A stretch of 64,000 bases of DNA from a virus (lineage: Duplodnaviria > Caudoviricetes). Positions 6,649-17,495 of this stretch are shown here, one piece after another; position 1 is the first letter of the stretch; every line of letters starts with the position of its first letter. Both the position numbers and the translations under genes were made by a program. Under the pieces are notes generated by a model. It was not told the origin of the DNA, searched no databases, and worked only from the letters and a program-made list of their open reading frames with translations. The stretch is from positions 6,116-70,115 of IMG/VR virus record IMGVR_UViG_3300032227_000922, one strand, 5' to 3'.

Positions 6649-9600
6649 CCGAGGTGCAGTTTTCCGTCCATCAGCTCGGACTCGATCATCTTGACCGCGT
6701 AGTCACGTGCGCGCCCGCCGATCTTAGAATCCAAGTACTGCTGCGCTAAGTTCTTGTCTTGTTTTGCCATCTCCTGCAAGCCCTGGACTGTCTCGGGGGT
6801 AAGCATCTCCTTCATGGCCTCACCGCGAAGCTCCACAAACCGGCGCATGATCTCGGGATATTTGCCGGTCTTAGATTTCTTGACCTCCGTAGTCTGTGGA
6901 TCGATGTACCGGAACTCAGTAGACTTGCTCGGGTTGGGAAGCATCAATCCTGCCTGCACCAGCGGGGTGATAATCGGATGCGGCGGAATGTTGCTAAAGT
7001 CATTCAGACGCCGCGTTGTGGCAGAGTACCACGGCTGCTTGATCGGCTCTCCCAGCGTGTTGAGAGCGGGAGTGTTGTACCCAATCGAGAACGGCACCAG
7101 CGAGTACATCCAACCCTGCAGCCCTGACTGATCCTGCCGGTTAACCATACCCTCTTTATCCATGGCAAGGGTATTGCGGGCCCAGCGAGTCAATCCGGGG
7201 TTGGTAAAGCCCCCAATGACCCCTCCAGTCAAGCGTCCAAGCGCGTTGGTTTGTGCCTGGGTGCTGGAACCCTGCATGGTGTTAAACAGATTAGTTGCAC
7301 CCTGAAGCAGGTTCTTATCAAACACGGTCGTAATCGCGCTGATCGCCATCGCCTGGGCAACCTCATAATTAGTCTGCTCATCCTTCTTGTACCGGAGGGT
7401 GTCAAACAACGTGCCGATCGCGCCAAGCGGAATCCCGAGTACTGGTGCGTCCGTGTAACGATACCACATTTTTCCAATCTTGATCGAGTTGGCCTGCCAT
7501 CCTCGAGTCTCGACCAATTGCTGCTTGTCCGCCGGGTCTTTAGGGCCCGCTCCGGTTACAGTGAAGTAAGGGTCCTTCCCTTCCTGTTCATCCTCGTACC
7601 CGCGATAAGCCATGTAGGTAATCGCGAGCAGTGCGACCGTTCCTAGCGTAGCCTTGGCCTGTTCCGCCAGTTGCTCCGGGCTCCCTTCCTGGAACTTTCT
7701 GGGTGCAAACCGGTCGGTACGCTTAAAGTTGCGCTGCGAGTAGGTCTTGTTGGCCGCCCTGGCAAACCCGTAAGGGGTATAATCCAGGGTCTGGTTCATG
7801 ATATTCGCCAGGGTATTCATGAACGGGAAGATCAGCTTGGCGGCCGGTAGGTTCTTGTTCACAGAACCCGTCAGCCCCACCACGAATTTACCAATCAGGC
7901 CGGTTGCCTGATCGTTGTACGTGTAGTGCTCGGCAGCAGCGCGGCTCTGGGTAGTCACACCCTTCATAATCTTCTCCCGCTCCAAGTTGAGGAGTTCTCT
8001 GGTGCGGCGTTCGACCCATCGGTTCCGCTCCTCCGGGCTCTTGTCCGGCAGGGCAGCGTCAACCTCGGTCCTGGCCCTATCGCGCAAAGACTTTACCTCG
8101 GTTTCATCAGGATCAAAGACCTTGCGCATCTGTTCCTTGATCTCGTTGGCCGGAAGCCTTTTTTCGGTGAGGAGATGCCGGATGGCCATGCGCTGTTGCG
8201 CCTCGTCGGCGGCGGTCATGTTGACCGCGTCCAGCGCACCCATTAACCGGCCAACCCAGCGCAGCCTATGTGCGTGGGTAGCGAATGCCTTGAGCGCACC
8301 CTCCAGTTGCTTGGGGTCAATATTCTCCAAATGGGGCGCTTCTTCCAAAACGGAATTCCGATACTTTGTTCCTTCTCCACGAATGGCGGAGGTAAACTCG
8401 CGCATAGCGGCCGAAGACATCCCGCCTTTGGTCCCACCAAGAGCCGACATAAATCCACGGAACACGTCCGCAAAATACCTGACATCGCGGGTTTTGAGGG
8501 CGTACCCAACCGCGTCCATTGTGGATTCCACGGCAACGCTTACAGCAGACCCCAGAAGGTTGACGCCCATGGTCGGTGGGCCGCTAAGGACACCAGCCTG
8601 CCACGCCGCGATCAGAAGGTCACCTACATGCTTCCTGTTTTCCGGATTGGTCCAATCTTTCAAGACCTGCGCCATGAACCTCTTCCGCACGTTCTGCAGG
8701 ATATCCAAGGAAGCGCGGTTGCGAAGCTCACCCTCCGGCAGGGAAGCCAGACGATCGATGTCTTTGCGAACCTGCTTGATGAAGGCAGTGTCGTAGCCGT
8801 TGATACCAAGCGTCTTTAGCACGGTGTCGTTGATCTGGTCCTCGTCAAACTTCCCGATCTTGAGGAACTTGTTGAGCTTCTTGATAAACTCGTCCCCTGT
8901 GCCGCGTAACTGCTGGTTTTGCAGCGCGTTAGATATGACCTTGGCCAGATCCGATTTGCCGATCTCCTCAGAAGCGTTGGCATAGAGCCTGTAAACCTGT
9001 TCCGCGAGTGCCCTGGTCTTGGCTGCATTGGACTCGGGTAACAGTGAGCCCAGGCTGCCCTCGACATCGGCAAACGTGGTGTCCGGATGTGCGAGAATCG
9101 ACTCCAGTTTAGCCAGTTGCTCGGGGTCCGTGATGCCCGCCTTGCTGAGGAAGGGCTCTGCCGCCTTCATGGTGACACCGGCTACCTTTTGCTTGATTTC
9201 CCGGAGGCCTTGGTAGAACCCACGGAGATTGAAACCCTTGTCCTTGGCCAGATCAGCCGGGGTTTTGCCCAGGAACGACTTGATGTAGGCCTGCACGTTC
9301 ATTGCCTCGGGGTTATCCCGTAGCAGGGCGCTATGGCGGGTGACCTGAGCAACTTTGCTGGTCGTGTCCACCATATACTTGTCGAGCATGTCTTTGCGGT
9401 CCTTCGCGTCATTGCGGGCTGTACGATCCTCGATGCTCAGACGCTCTCCCGCCGCCTCTTTGTCGTTGACTTGGGCCACCAAATCCTTGAACTCGTTGCG
9501 GAACCGGTTGGCCAGGTGCAGTTTCACAACCGGATCGGTATCGTCCATGGAGCTAAACAAGCTCTGGTAGAGAGCGCCCTTGTCGGTCGCGTTATCGTAT

Positions 9601-12600
9601 AGACGATTTGCGGTGTTGCTGGCCTCATCGGCCGACCACTCGCGGTAGGAAATTCTTTCGTTTTCGGGTAGCTCGTCGTTGATACCAGAAGTGCTTATTT
9701 TCTCTCCGGCCGCAGCGCGTGTGGAGAGTTCTCCTCCCTCAAACGGAACCGACTCCGAACCCATCTCGCCGGAAGACAGGAGAGAGTAGCTTTCGTCGAT
9801 GAACCGGAGCTGACGCTGCAGAATCGGGTCAGTGGCCTGCGCCAACCTGGCCTTAATCCAGCGAGCCACATTCTTGAGGTACCCCATCAGCGTTTGGCGA
9901 AGCGACGGATTCTGCTCCATGTCACGAAGCACCTCCGTGGTTCGGCCTGTACGCATCATCTGGTACATCATACGGGTGTACTCCCATCCCACCACGAGCG
10001 GATCGCTGAGGAACGCTTTAATCTGCTCCTCAGTGGCCCCCTTGCCGAGGTAGAACCGCGCGGTCTTCAGCTTCTTGGCCATGGACATGTTTTCCCCAAG
10101 ATGCTGGGTACGAGCCATGGCTGCTTTGTCAAACTTTCCGTCCGCGTTAACCATGCTGGAGATGTGGGTAATCTCCTCGTCCATGGTTTTAAGCAGAAGG
10201 GCCTCTGCTCTTTCGGGGGACAGTCCACGGATCATCCCGTTAAGAACATCGGGGTCGAAGGTAACCCCGAATTCATTGGTACGGGTGTTGGCCCACGCCT
10301 CCATGGAGCCGACCGCCTCCTTAGACGACAGCCCCTCATTCATGTCGGGATCGGCAAAGAACTCAACGCCCGGATACATTTCGGCGGCTTTCTTCTCAAC
10401 GAAGTCGTGAGCGTCAAACGGAGCCTCACCCTGGGTACGGATCTTACGAAGTCGGGTAGCCTTGGTGCCCAGTTCCTGGGTTTCGTGTTTTCCGGCAATA
10501 ATGTCCTCGACAGAAAACCCGAGGTTATGGACGAGATCACGTGCACGGCGGACGATTTCAGCGGGTACCTTCTTCAACATTTCCGCGTACCGGGCCATTT
10601 CCTGCGGCAACAGGGCTCCGTATTCCAGAAGATTGTAAATCAGGGCGGCACGGTCCAGGGCGGGGGTACCGGGAGCATTAAGTCGGGACAGAGCGGCTTT
10701 CCGGGACTGCTCGCTAAGGCCATCGACACTATCGTCCTCCCCGTCTCCCAGTTCGCGATCTTCTTTAGCCTTGAAAACGCTTTCGCTATCTTCCGGTGCC
10801 TGACCGCTATCGGGCAAGAAATCCTGGAGTTCCTCGTTGGACTCACCGCGCTTGGCGTTGGCCGACTGGGTGGTGGTACCCCCCTCTTCCTGCCGCTCCC
10901 GCATCTTAGTGATTTCCTGACGAGCCTTGAGAAGCGCGTCTCGGTTAATAACAGAGTGAAGACCCTTGGTCTGGAGCTTTTGGATAAGAGTACCGGGTTC
11001 GCCCCGAAGCTCGGCCGCGACCTTGGTCATCACCTTACCGAGCGTAAACCACCGCATGGCTTCCAGCTCGTCTGGAAGATATCCGTTGTAGTCCTTGTTT
11101 GCGGAATACCTGCGTACCTTCGAGATCGTACGATCCACCGGCTCTTCGTCCGTCTCAGAAAGTTCTTCGTCTATCTCAGTGGGGCGGCTTACCGCGTCAC
11201 GTTCCGCTTCACTCGGCAGGACGGGACCCTGGTTCCGCTCGGCCTCCTTCTGCTCCTTAAGTTCCTGGGCTGCAAGCTCACCCTCTACGGTTTGCGCCTT
11301 GAGTTTGGCGCGACGTGCTTTCTCTTGTTTTTCCGTAAGCGGACGCTCAATAGTTCCACCCAACTTTGTAACCAGGTAGTTGCTGATCTTGGTCCAGATA
11401 GCGTCAAATGCCTCTCGGGAACCTTCAGGTACAGATTCTTGAGCCTCCCTAAAGGCCTGCTCACCTTCAGCCTGGATCGCGTCCGAGGTAAGACGCGTGG
11501 TCTGCTCGTAGATTCGGTCAGCCTTGGTCTTGCGTTCGACGTTGAGCTTGTACCATCTCAGCGCGTTTTCCAGGTTGTCGTTCGGCATCGGAGACTCCGC
11601 ACGCTTGGTGTGCGTGCTGACGGCCCGTTCGTCAATCTTGCGGAGCTGGCCCTTAGCGTTCCGGACATTTTCCCACTTGAGATACTTGTTAATGAAATCG
11701 GCAATCTGGCTGTTGGAGAAAGCCCCCTTCTGCCCCCTCGGGAAGAGGCCCTGGGATTCCTTGAAAGCATCAAACGGGCCTTTTGGTCCGGTGACAACAA
11801 GCTCCTTAGTTTTGGGGTCGGTCTCGAAAGTAATCTCCGGGCTGAACTGGGCCGGGTCGTCCATGTCAACCGTGCGGGGGACAACAATTCTCTCCCCCTT
11901 GTTGAGTCTACTCTCGATCTCGGACAGATCGTTGGTCCAACGCTCCAGGTCGGCAAGATCCTTGCGAACGGAGTCGATCGGGTTCTGGGCTTCAGCGTAT
12001 TCGCTGGCCCGCTCGTAGATGTCCTTAAGGCTGGGACGGATTCCTTCCCCAAACTGAGCGATCATCTTCTCGCTCCAAACACCGAAGTCTTTGGCCCCCT
12101 TCTTAATCAAGCTCACACCCTTTGCAGCGTAGCCGAGCAGTTCCTTGGGAGAAACCTTCTTTGGCTCCCCGGGATTGGGCGTGGCGGCGGCTGACTTGGT
12201 GGAGATCACATCAGAATCACCGCCGAGCCCGAGCATTGCGTCGCCGAATGCATCCAGGTCATCAAAAGTCTGCTCGGAGAGTGCCTGTTGCTGCGGTTCA
12301 GCCTGAGGCTCTTCCTTCCCCTCGCTACGTATGATCTCGTAATCCTGCTTCTGCTCGTTCCAGCGGTAAGTATCGCCGAACTCATCGGTAAACTCGTCGC
12401 TGGCAGACTTGGTACCCTGCGACCCTGCATCCGGGGTATCCTCAACAGGTTGCTCTGCGGCGGGGGACTCGGGTTCCTGGGCTGCTTTTTGCTTGGCCTG
12501 GTTTTCTTGATACCACCTTTCTGCATCGGCCGTTTTTGTGGGAACGACCCCCTTGAACTCTTTACCCACCCCGATCTTTTCGTCGTCCCAGCCCTTCTCC

Positions 12601-14678
12601 ATGAACTCGACGATACCGTCCCAGTTCACATCCTTAATGGACTTGACTCCTTTGGTTCCGATCTTGGCGTTGGCTTCAGCGAGCAAGTATTTCTTCACCG
12701 CTTGAACCGCAGTGACAGGCACTCCGTGCTCCTCGGCGGTTCTCTCTAGGATTCCAGAGCTACGGATTCCTCCCTCGATCAGGGAAGTAGCGATGTCGCT
12801 GGCTTTCTTGCGATCCAGCTTGACCGTGACATTCGGGGCGGGCTCGTTCTCAGCAACTGGCTGCTCAACCGGTTCTTCGGTTTGTAAGGCAACAGGGGGT
12901 TCGCCAGCATCCGATACAGGCGGTTGGGCGGGCTCTTCTTGCGAAGGTGCCGTGACTTCCAAAGGGGGTACCTCCTGTCCGGCAGGCGCGGATTCTTGAG
13001 CAGGCTTGAGCTTGGCAATCTGGTCACGAACGGTGTTGGCTAGGAATACCGCTCGGTCTTTCTTCTTACCCTTGGTGGACCTAAGCTCGGCCTCGTTGAG
13101 AATGGACTCCAGAGTCGCCAGGTCCCCGGCTTGAGCGGCCTGGAACGACAGGGCCTCAAGCTCCGGCAGCTTGGCGCGGAAATGCGGGCGGTTCTCCCGG
13201 TGGTGGCGAGTGGAGCTTTCCTCTACTTGCTCTTCATCCGGCACTCCTGGCAGCACGTCGGCTTCTGCGACATTCGGCTCAGGCGGGACTGGTTCGCTGT
13301 CGGCTGTCGACTCGGTTGCAATGCTTTCTGGAGCGGGCTCTTGGGGGATTTGGGTTTCATTGGGTTGAATTGGTTGTTCCTGGGCTGGCGTTTCAAGGCC
13401 AAGCTCAAGTTGATTCGGGTTGTTCTGCAGTGCGGGCTCGATGGAGGTTCCCGCGACAGTCTGCGCCTCTGCGGCCTCGGGCAGGCCCGGGATGGAAAGT
13501 TCCAGCTGCTCTTCGGGGGCTACGACCTCGGGCTGCCTAGAGGTATCCGCAGGCGTCTGGCTATCCGTGCTACCTGCTGCAACGTCTTCCGTCGCTTGAT
13601 CTGCCGGTAGCCCTGGTTGTTGTGGTGCCGTCTCGTCTTTTGCATTGGTCTTGGGAGTAACGGGGGTGTTGGCAGCTTCCTCCAAAGCGGCGACCGTTTC
13701 GGTCATGCCAGCTTCGGTTGCGCTTGCCACCGCCTTGTCAGTGGAGGCCTTGACGGCGGGGTCGTCCGCCGGAACCTTGCCCATCGCCTTGTTAAGCGAG
13801 TCCTGCTCGTCCTGGGAAAGGGTGGTGTTTTCAGTCTCGGTTCCTTCTGCGGAGCCAGTAGATTCGGTTTCGCGTTCGGATGTTTTCCTGCCTTTGGCTC
13901 CCCCCTTTGGCTTGAAGGGATCATACACACCTCCGGGTCCGACGTACGGTTTTATTGCCAACCCGGCCACGCCCTTGGCGGTCGCCGTGAGGGGATCTTC
14001 TCCCTCGGCGATTCCCATGCCAGTCATCGCTCCGACGCCAGCCGCAGATCCAAGCCCATGCCCAAAATGTTCGAGGGCTTGCTTGGCGGCTTCGCCTTTT
14101 GCCCCTCCCACAACCGCTGCTTCCTGAAGTTCAGCAAGCCCTCCCTTCTTAGCGGCAGCTCCGAGGACTGTCTTGATACCCTGTCGCCCGGCAGCCGTGC
14201 CAAATGCTTTCACGCCACCCGAAAGCGCGGATGCGCTGGGCCTACCCATTCCGACCAGACCGCCACCGAACGTGGCCCAGGGATGCTCTTCGGCTTCTTG
14301 CTCGGCTTGCTTGGTACCCATGAACGAGTCGGGGGCCACCTTATCTGCGATTGCGTCTTGGGCCTTACGAACACCGAGCCCGCCCAGGATACCTCCGCCA
14401 ATAGCGGCGATGGGGGCGACGATCGGAGCAGCGGGACCCGCTAAAAGACCGACACCAAAACCAGCTGCCGCACCGGACGCGATACCACCAAGACCGGGCA
14501 GGATGCTTCGTGCCGCTTCATGCGCGAACGCCCCGCCTGTGGAAGAATGGGGGGCTTCGGCCTTCTCCGGGGTCGGAGCGCCCAGCTTTTCAAATTCCTC
14601 GTACGATAACCCCGCTGTGTTTTCCTTCGGCTTTAGATTCTTGAAGTCTTCGTAAGACAATCCGTTCGCGTCGCTCAT
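6645..14678 (-). CDS. giant internal virion/ejection protein (large polyvalent-type), 2677 aa
   Basis: Distal position in the structural operon; N-terminal Gly-rich hydrophobic helices; acidic Pro-rich linkers; degenerate zincin (DEEITH); C-terminal PFMNTLANI..DYTP region typical of podophage core proteins. Confidence 0.75.
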   Translation of the reverse strand: MSDANGLSYEDFKNLKPKENTAGLSYEEFEKLGAPTPEKAEAPHSSTGGAFAHEAARSILPGLGGIASGAAAGFGVGLLAGPAAPIVAPIAAIGGGILGGLGVRKAQDAIADKVAPDSFMGTKQAEQEAEEHPWATFGGGLVGMGRPSASALSGGVKAFGTAAGRQGIKTVLGAAAKKGGLAELQEAAVVGGAKGEAAKQALEHFGHGLGSAAGVGAMTGMGIAEGEDPLTATAKGVAGLAIKPYVGPGGVYDPFKPKGGAKGRKTSERETESTGSAEGTETENTTLSQDEQDSLNKAMGKVPADDPAVKASTDKAVASATEAGMTETVAALEEAANTPVTPKTNAKDETAPQQPGLPADQATEDVAAGSTDSQTPADTSRQPEVVAPEEQLELSIPGLPEAAEAQTVAGTSIEPALQNNPNQLELGLETPAQEQPIQPNETQIPQEPAPESIATESTADSEPVPPEPNVAEADVLPGVPDEEQVEESSTRHHRENRPHFRAKLPELEALSFQAAQAGDLATLESILNEAELRSTKGKKKDRAVFLANTVRDQIAKLKPAQESAPAGQEVPPLEVTAPSQEEPAQPPVSDAGEPPVALQTEEPVEQPVAENEPAPNVTVKLDRKKASDIATSLIEGGIRSSGILERTAEEHGVPVTAVQAVKKYLLAEANAKIGTKGVKSIKDVNWDGIVEFMEKGWDDEKIGVGKEFKGVVPTKTADAERWYQENQAKQKAAQEPESPAAEQPVEDTPDAGSQGTKSASDEFTDEFGDTYRWNEQKQDYEIIRSEGKEEPQAEPQQQALSEQTFDDLDAFGDAMLGLGGDSDVISTKSAAATPNPGEPKKVSPKELLGYAAKGVSLIKKGAKDFGVWSEKMIAQFGEGIRPSLKDIYERASEYAEAQNPIDSVRKDLADLERWTNDLSEIESRLNKGERIVVPRTVDMDDPAQFSPEITFETDPKTKELVVTGPKGPFDAFKESQGLFPRGQKGAFSNSQIADFINKYLKWENVRNAKGQLRKIDERAVSTHTKRAESPMPNDNLENALRWYKLNVERKTKADRIYEQTTRLTSDAIQAEGEQAFREAQESVPEGSREAFDAIWTKISNYLVTKLGGTIERPLTEKQEKARRAKLKAQTVEGELAAQELKEQKEAERNQGPVLPSEAERDAVSRPTEIDEELSETDEEPVDRTISKVRRYSANKDYNGYLPDELEAMRWFTLGKVMTKVAAELRGEPGTLIQKLQTKGLHSVINRDALLKARQEITKMRERQEEGGTTTQSANAKRGESNEELQDFLPDSGQAPEDSESVFKAKEDRELGDGEDDSVDGLSEQSRKAALSRLNAPGTPALDRAALIYNLLEYGALLPQEMARYAEMLKKVPAEIVRRARDLVHNLGFSVEDIIAGKHETQELGTKATRLRKIRTQGEAPFDAHDFVEKKAAEMYPGVEFFADPDMNEGLSSKEAVGSMEAWANTRTNEFGVTFDPDVLNGMIRGLSPERAEALLLKTMDEEITHISSMVNADGKFDKAAMARTQHLGENMSMAKKLKTARFYLGKGATEEQIKAFLSDPLVVGWEYTRMMYQMMRTGRTTEVLRDMEQNPSLRQTLMGYLKNVARWIKARLAQATDPILQRQLRFIDESYSLLSSGEMGSESVPFEGGELSTRAAAGEKISTSGINDELPENERISYREWSADEASNTANRLYDNATDKGALYQSLFSSMDDTDPVVKLHLANRFRNEFKDLVAQVNDKEAAGERLSIEDRTARNDAKDRKDMLDKYMVDTTSKVAQVTRHSALLRDNPEAMNVQAYIKSFLGKTPADLAKDKGFNLRGFYQGLREIKQKVAGVTMKAAEPFLSKAGITDPEQLAKLESILAHPDTTFADVEGSLGSLLPESNAAKTRALAEQVYRLYANASEEIGKSDLAKVISNALQNQQLRGTGDEFIKKLNKFLKIGKFDEDQINDTVLKTLGINGYDTAFIKQVRKDIDRLASLPEGELRNRASLDILQNVRKRFMAQVLKDWTNPENRKHVGDLLIAAWQAGVLSGPPTMGVNLLGSAVSVAVESTMDAVGYALKTRDVRYFADVFRGFMSALGGTKGGMSSAAMREFTSAIRGEGTKYRNSVLEEAPHLENIDPKQLEGALKAFATHAHRLRWVGRLMGALDAVNMTAADEAQQRMAIRHLLTEKRLPANEIKEQMRKVFDPDETEVKSLRDRARTEVDAALPDKSPEERNRWVERRTRELLNLEREKIMKGVTTQSRAAAEHYTYNDQATGLIGKFVVGLTGSVNKNLPAAKLIFPFMNTLANIMNQTLDYTPYGFARAANKTYSQRNFKRTDRFAPRKFQEGSPEQLAEQAKATLGTVALLAITYMAYRGYEDEQEGKDPYFTVTGAGPKDPADKQQLVETRGWQANSIKIGKMWYRYTDAPVLGIPLGAIGTLFDTLRYKKDEQTNYEVAQAMAISAITTVFDKNLLQGATNLFNTMQGSSTQAQTNALGRLTGGVIGGFTNPGLTRWARNTLAMDKEGMVNRQDQSGLQGWMYSLVPFSIGYNTPALNTLGEPIKQPWYSATTRRLNDFSNIPPHPIITPLVQAGLMLPNPSKSTEFRYIDPQTTEVKKSKTGKYPEIMRRFVELRGEAMKEMLTPETVQGLQEMAKQDKNLAQQYLDSKIGGRARDYAVKMIESELMDGKLHLG

Positions 14679-14690
14679 TGTTTTCGGCCG

Positions 14691-17462
14691 TTAGAGAGGG
14701 ATAAGCTGTTTTAGTTTCGCATCCCATCTGGCCTTCACCCCGTTTGCGTTGGTGTAGACTACGCCATTTTTAAGCTGGTCTACGGGCGGAAGGGGTTCGC
14801 CTTTGGGTTGCGGTGTAATATTCCCAGCCTGCTCGGTTTTCACCTCATCGTCAACCCCTTCCTCCTTGTTCAAACGCTTCTGGAGGTCGTCGACCTCCGC
14901 CTGTCGCTTGACTCTCTGGGCCTCCAGTTCGTCCAGGGACTTCTTCGCCCCAGGGGTCTTCCCGTCGAGGCTCTTTTCCCGGAGGGCCGCCATCTCCTTG
15001 GTGATTGCCTCCACGGCTTTTTTGGCGTCATCCTGCCTGCGGGTAAGATTGTTGATACGCTTCTGAGCTTTCTCGCCTTCGCGAGCTTCCTCCTTGTCCT
15101 TGCGGGCGTCCTGACGCTCCTTGGCCGAATCAATCGCGGCGTCGCGGGCATCTACGGCCGAGGTGTCCTTGATGAGATCGGCGGTTTTCACGTTCTGCCT
15201 CTGGTCATACCGGCTTCCGCTAGCGTTGTTGAGGATCGCGGTACGAACGACGTTCTCTAACGAGTCGCCACGGAGGTGCTGCAGGGCCATCGCATTCAAC
15301 TCGCGGGTACGGTCATTCGCGGCCATACCCGTCGGATCGGGAAGGTACTTCGCCAACACCTGCTCGTCATTCGGGTCTTCGCCCTTGGAAATGGCAATGG
15401 CTCTGGCGGCTTCTCCTCTATCACGTGCGATCTTGGCGGTGCGCATCGGATCGTTATCAGGAATCGGCTTCATGGCCTCTTCCATCTGCTTCTGGGCGTT
15501 GATCTGGGCCCAGCGGGCCTGCTCGGCCTGCTGTTGGGTACGGAGCTGATCGGTGAAAGACTTGATGCCGGGTAGCTTCACACTACCGTTCACGGGCGTC
15601 TGGCCGGGAGAGTTGGCGAACCTGCCCATCGAGTACCTGGTGTTTGGGACGCTGAACCCGGCCTCCATCTGCTCGCGGGACGGGAGCGGGGAAAGGGCCT
15701 GCTGAACCTGCCGACGTTCGGCCGCGTACTTGGCCGCGCTCTCGGGGGTGGCTTCAACCTGAGGAATGCCGTCGCTGGTGTAGTTTTCTGCGCCCCTGTA
15801 GTACTTGGCCTGGCTTTCGTGCAGTGCCTGGGCGTAAGCATCGGCTTCCGCCGAAGACTTGAATTTTCCGAGGTGCTCTCCGGTGGTGTGGTACCGGTTG
15901 ATGGCCTCCTGCTGGGACAGCTCGACCGGGTTGCCATTCTCGTCGGTGGCAACGGTCGGAATGAGGATCTCGCGAGCATCCTTGCCCTCGCCCTCGCGGA
16001 TGGAGATGGACTTCACCGTGGAGACGGTACCGTCCGCGTTCCTCAAGATGGGGCGGTTTCCGAGGTCGATGTTACCCTGCTCCACGAGCCCCTTGAACTT
16101 GGAGGCATCGGGTCCGGGTCGCAGGACGACGTCCGAACGGTTGAAGCCTGGCGCGGCAGCGGCAGCACTAAGTTTCTGCAGGAGGTCCCCAAAGCTCTGG
16201 TTGTTTCGTATTCTCTGGTTGATGGCTTGGTTAATTTGCCCTGCAGGGCTATCAGGATCGGTGAGACCGCGATCGTACATTAGGAGTGAATTATCCTCGA
16301 GGTACTTCTGGGCGGGTACGCCGCTAATCGTGCCCTTGGCACTCGGGTTGTAGGTGCCATCGAGAATGGCCTTCTCCATGACCTTGTCGCCGGATTGCTG
16401 GGCCACCGCGAGATCAATCGCACGGGCCTGCTCCTGAGTCTTCCGATCATCCAACGCCTGACGAGCCATAGCCTCGGTATCCACCGGTCCGGTGACCTGG
16501 TTGCTGAGAGGCTTGTAAACGGTGACGCCGGGTTGCGGGTGATAAATCATCGAGGCCCTTCCCCTCTGGTCAAATCCTTTGGTCCCTTCCCCGAGTTCTG
16601 GGAGGTTCGTAATCTTCCCCCTTTCATCGGTCATACTTCCGGCTCCTGCCAGGAACTTTCCGTTCTCGTCGATGGGGAGGGATCTCTCTACAAGACCGTT
16701 GTTGTGGACAAGACCGGCGGCCTTCGCTCGCCTCCTGTCGTCGTACTGCTGGAAGGTGCTCTGGACTTCACCTAGCGCGGCCATCGTTCGCTCATAGTCA
16801 GCCTTCAGGGCCTCGGGGCTCTGCCCGTGAGTGGCCCCGTAAGCCTGACGGTATTGAAGATCGCGCAAAATCCTGGCGGTGAAATCGGGCGCAAACATCT
16901 TGTTTACGCCTGGCTCCGCAGGCTTCGACTTGAGATCATCGGCAGTCGACGGAACGTCGCGCTGATCCAGCGGAATCCGGTCAGCCATCGTTACCGCTGG
17001 CTTCTCTGCAGGAGCAGTGGGAGAGACTTGAGGCAAGGCGAGATAGCGGCCCGTTCCAGAGTCGGCCACTTTTCCGTAACCGGACTTCAAGTTGTCCGCG
17101 ATATCGAGGGTAGCTCCACCAATCGAATGACCTACGCCAGCCACAAGGTTTCCCGCGTCAGACCACAGGGTCGGGTTTGGTCGGTTCGGGTTTCCCCAGG
17201 TGTGACTGAAGTTTTGGCCAGCCTTGTCCCACTGCGACTCGGCACCGGGGGAGGAGGGGCGAGGAGGCCGGACCGATGCGTTCATTGCATCGACGCCCTG
17301 CTGCACCGGGCCCGGCTGGGCGGTAGGCTGAACCAACCCGCCGGACACATCCGAAACGGACGGCGCGGCCGGAGCGTTTTGCTTCATGGCGCGGAGTTTT
17401 TCCCGTTCCATGTCAGTCAGGGGCTTGCCGGTCGCGGGAGGGTTCTGGAGGTTTGCGGGCAT
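14691..17462 (-). CDS. internal virion/ejection protein, 923 aa
   Basis: Position; Gln/Ala/Pro-rich; GNIDLGNRP...STVKSISI...LIPTV...HLGKF domain; C-terminal coiled coil. Confidence 0.7.
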   Translation of the reverse strand: MPANLQNPPATGKPLTDMEREKLRAMKQNAPAAPSVSDVSGGLVQPTAQPGPVQQGVDAMNASVRPPRPSSPGAESQWDKAGQNFSHTWGNPNRPNPTLWSDAGNLVAGVGHSIGGATLDIADNLKSGYGKVADSGTGRYLALPQVSPTAPAEKPAVTMADRIPLDQRDVPSTADDLKSKPAEPGVNKMFAPDFTARILRDLQYRQAYGATHGQSPEALKADYERTMAALGEVQSTFQQYDDRRRAKAAGLVHNNGLVERSLPIDENGKFLAGAGSMTDERGKITNLPELGEGTKGFDQRGRASMIYHPQPGVTVYKPLSNQVTGPVDTEAMARQALDDRKTQEQARAIDLAVAQQSGDKVMEKAILDGTYNPSAKGTISGVPAQKYLEDNSLLMYDRGLTDPDSPAGQINQAINQRIRNNQSFGDLLQKLSAAAAAPGFNRSDVVLRPGPDASKFKGLVEQGNIDLGNRPILRNADGTVSTVKSISIREGEGKDAREILIPTVATDENGNPVELSQQEAINRYHTTGEHLGKFKSSAEADAYAQALHESQAKYYRGAENYTSDGIPQVEATPESAAKYAAERRQVQQALSPLPSREQMEAGFSVPNTRYSMGRFANSPGQTPVNGSVKLPGIKSFTDQLRTQQQAEQARWAQINAQKQMEEAMKPIPDNDPMRTAKIARDRGEAARAIAISKGEDPNDEQVLAKYLPDPTGMAANDRTRELNAMALQHLRGDSLENVVRTAILNNASGSRYDQRQNVKTADLIKDTSAVDARDAAIDSAKERQDARKDKEEAREGEKAQKRINNLTRRQDDAKKAVEAITKEMAALREKSLDGKTPGAKKSLDELEAQRVKRQAEVDDLQKRLNKEEGVDDEVKTEQAGNITPQPKGEPLPPVDQLKNGVVYTNANGVKARWDAKLKQLIPL

Positions 17463-17495
17463 TTTATTGCGGGTTCTTAGAATGTGTAGGTGAGA

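Noticed and set aside
9894-12194. 766-aa + strand ORF
   Set aside because: Antisense shadow of the giant gene; no motifs; expected from biased codon use.
6645-17462. Virion RNA polymerase in the giant proteins
   Set aside because: No DxDGD or T7-type polymerase motifs seen.
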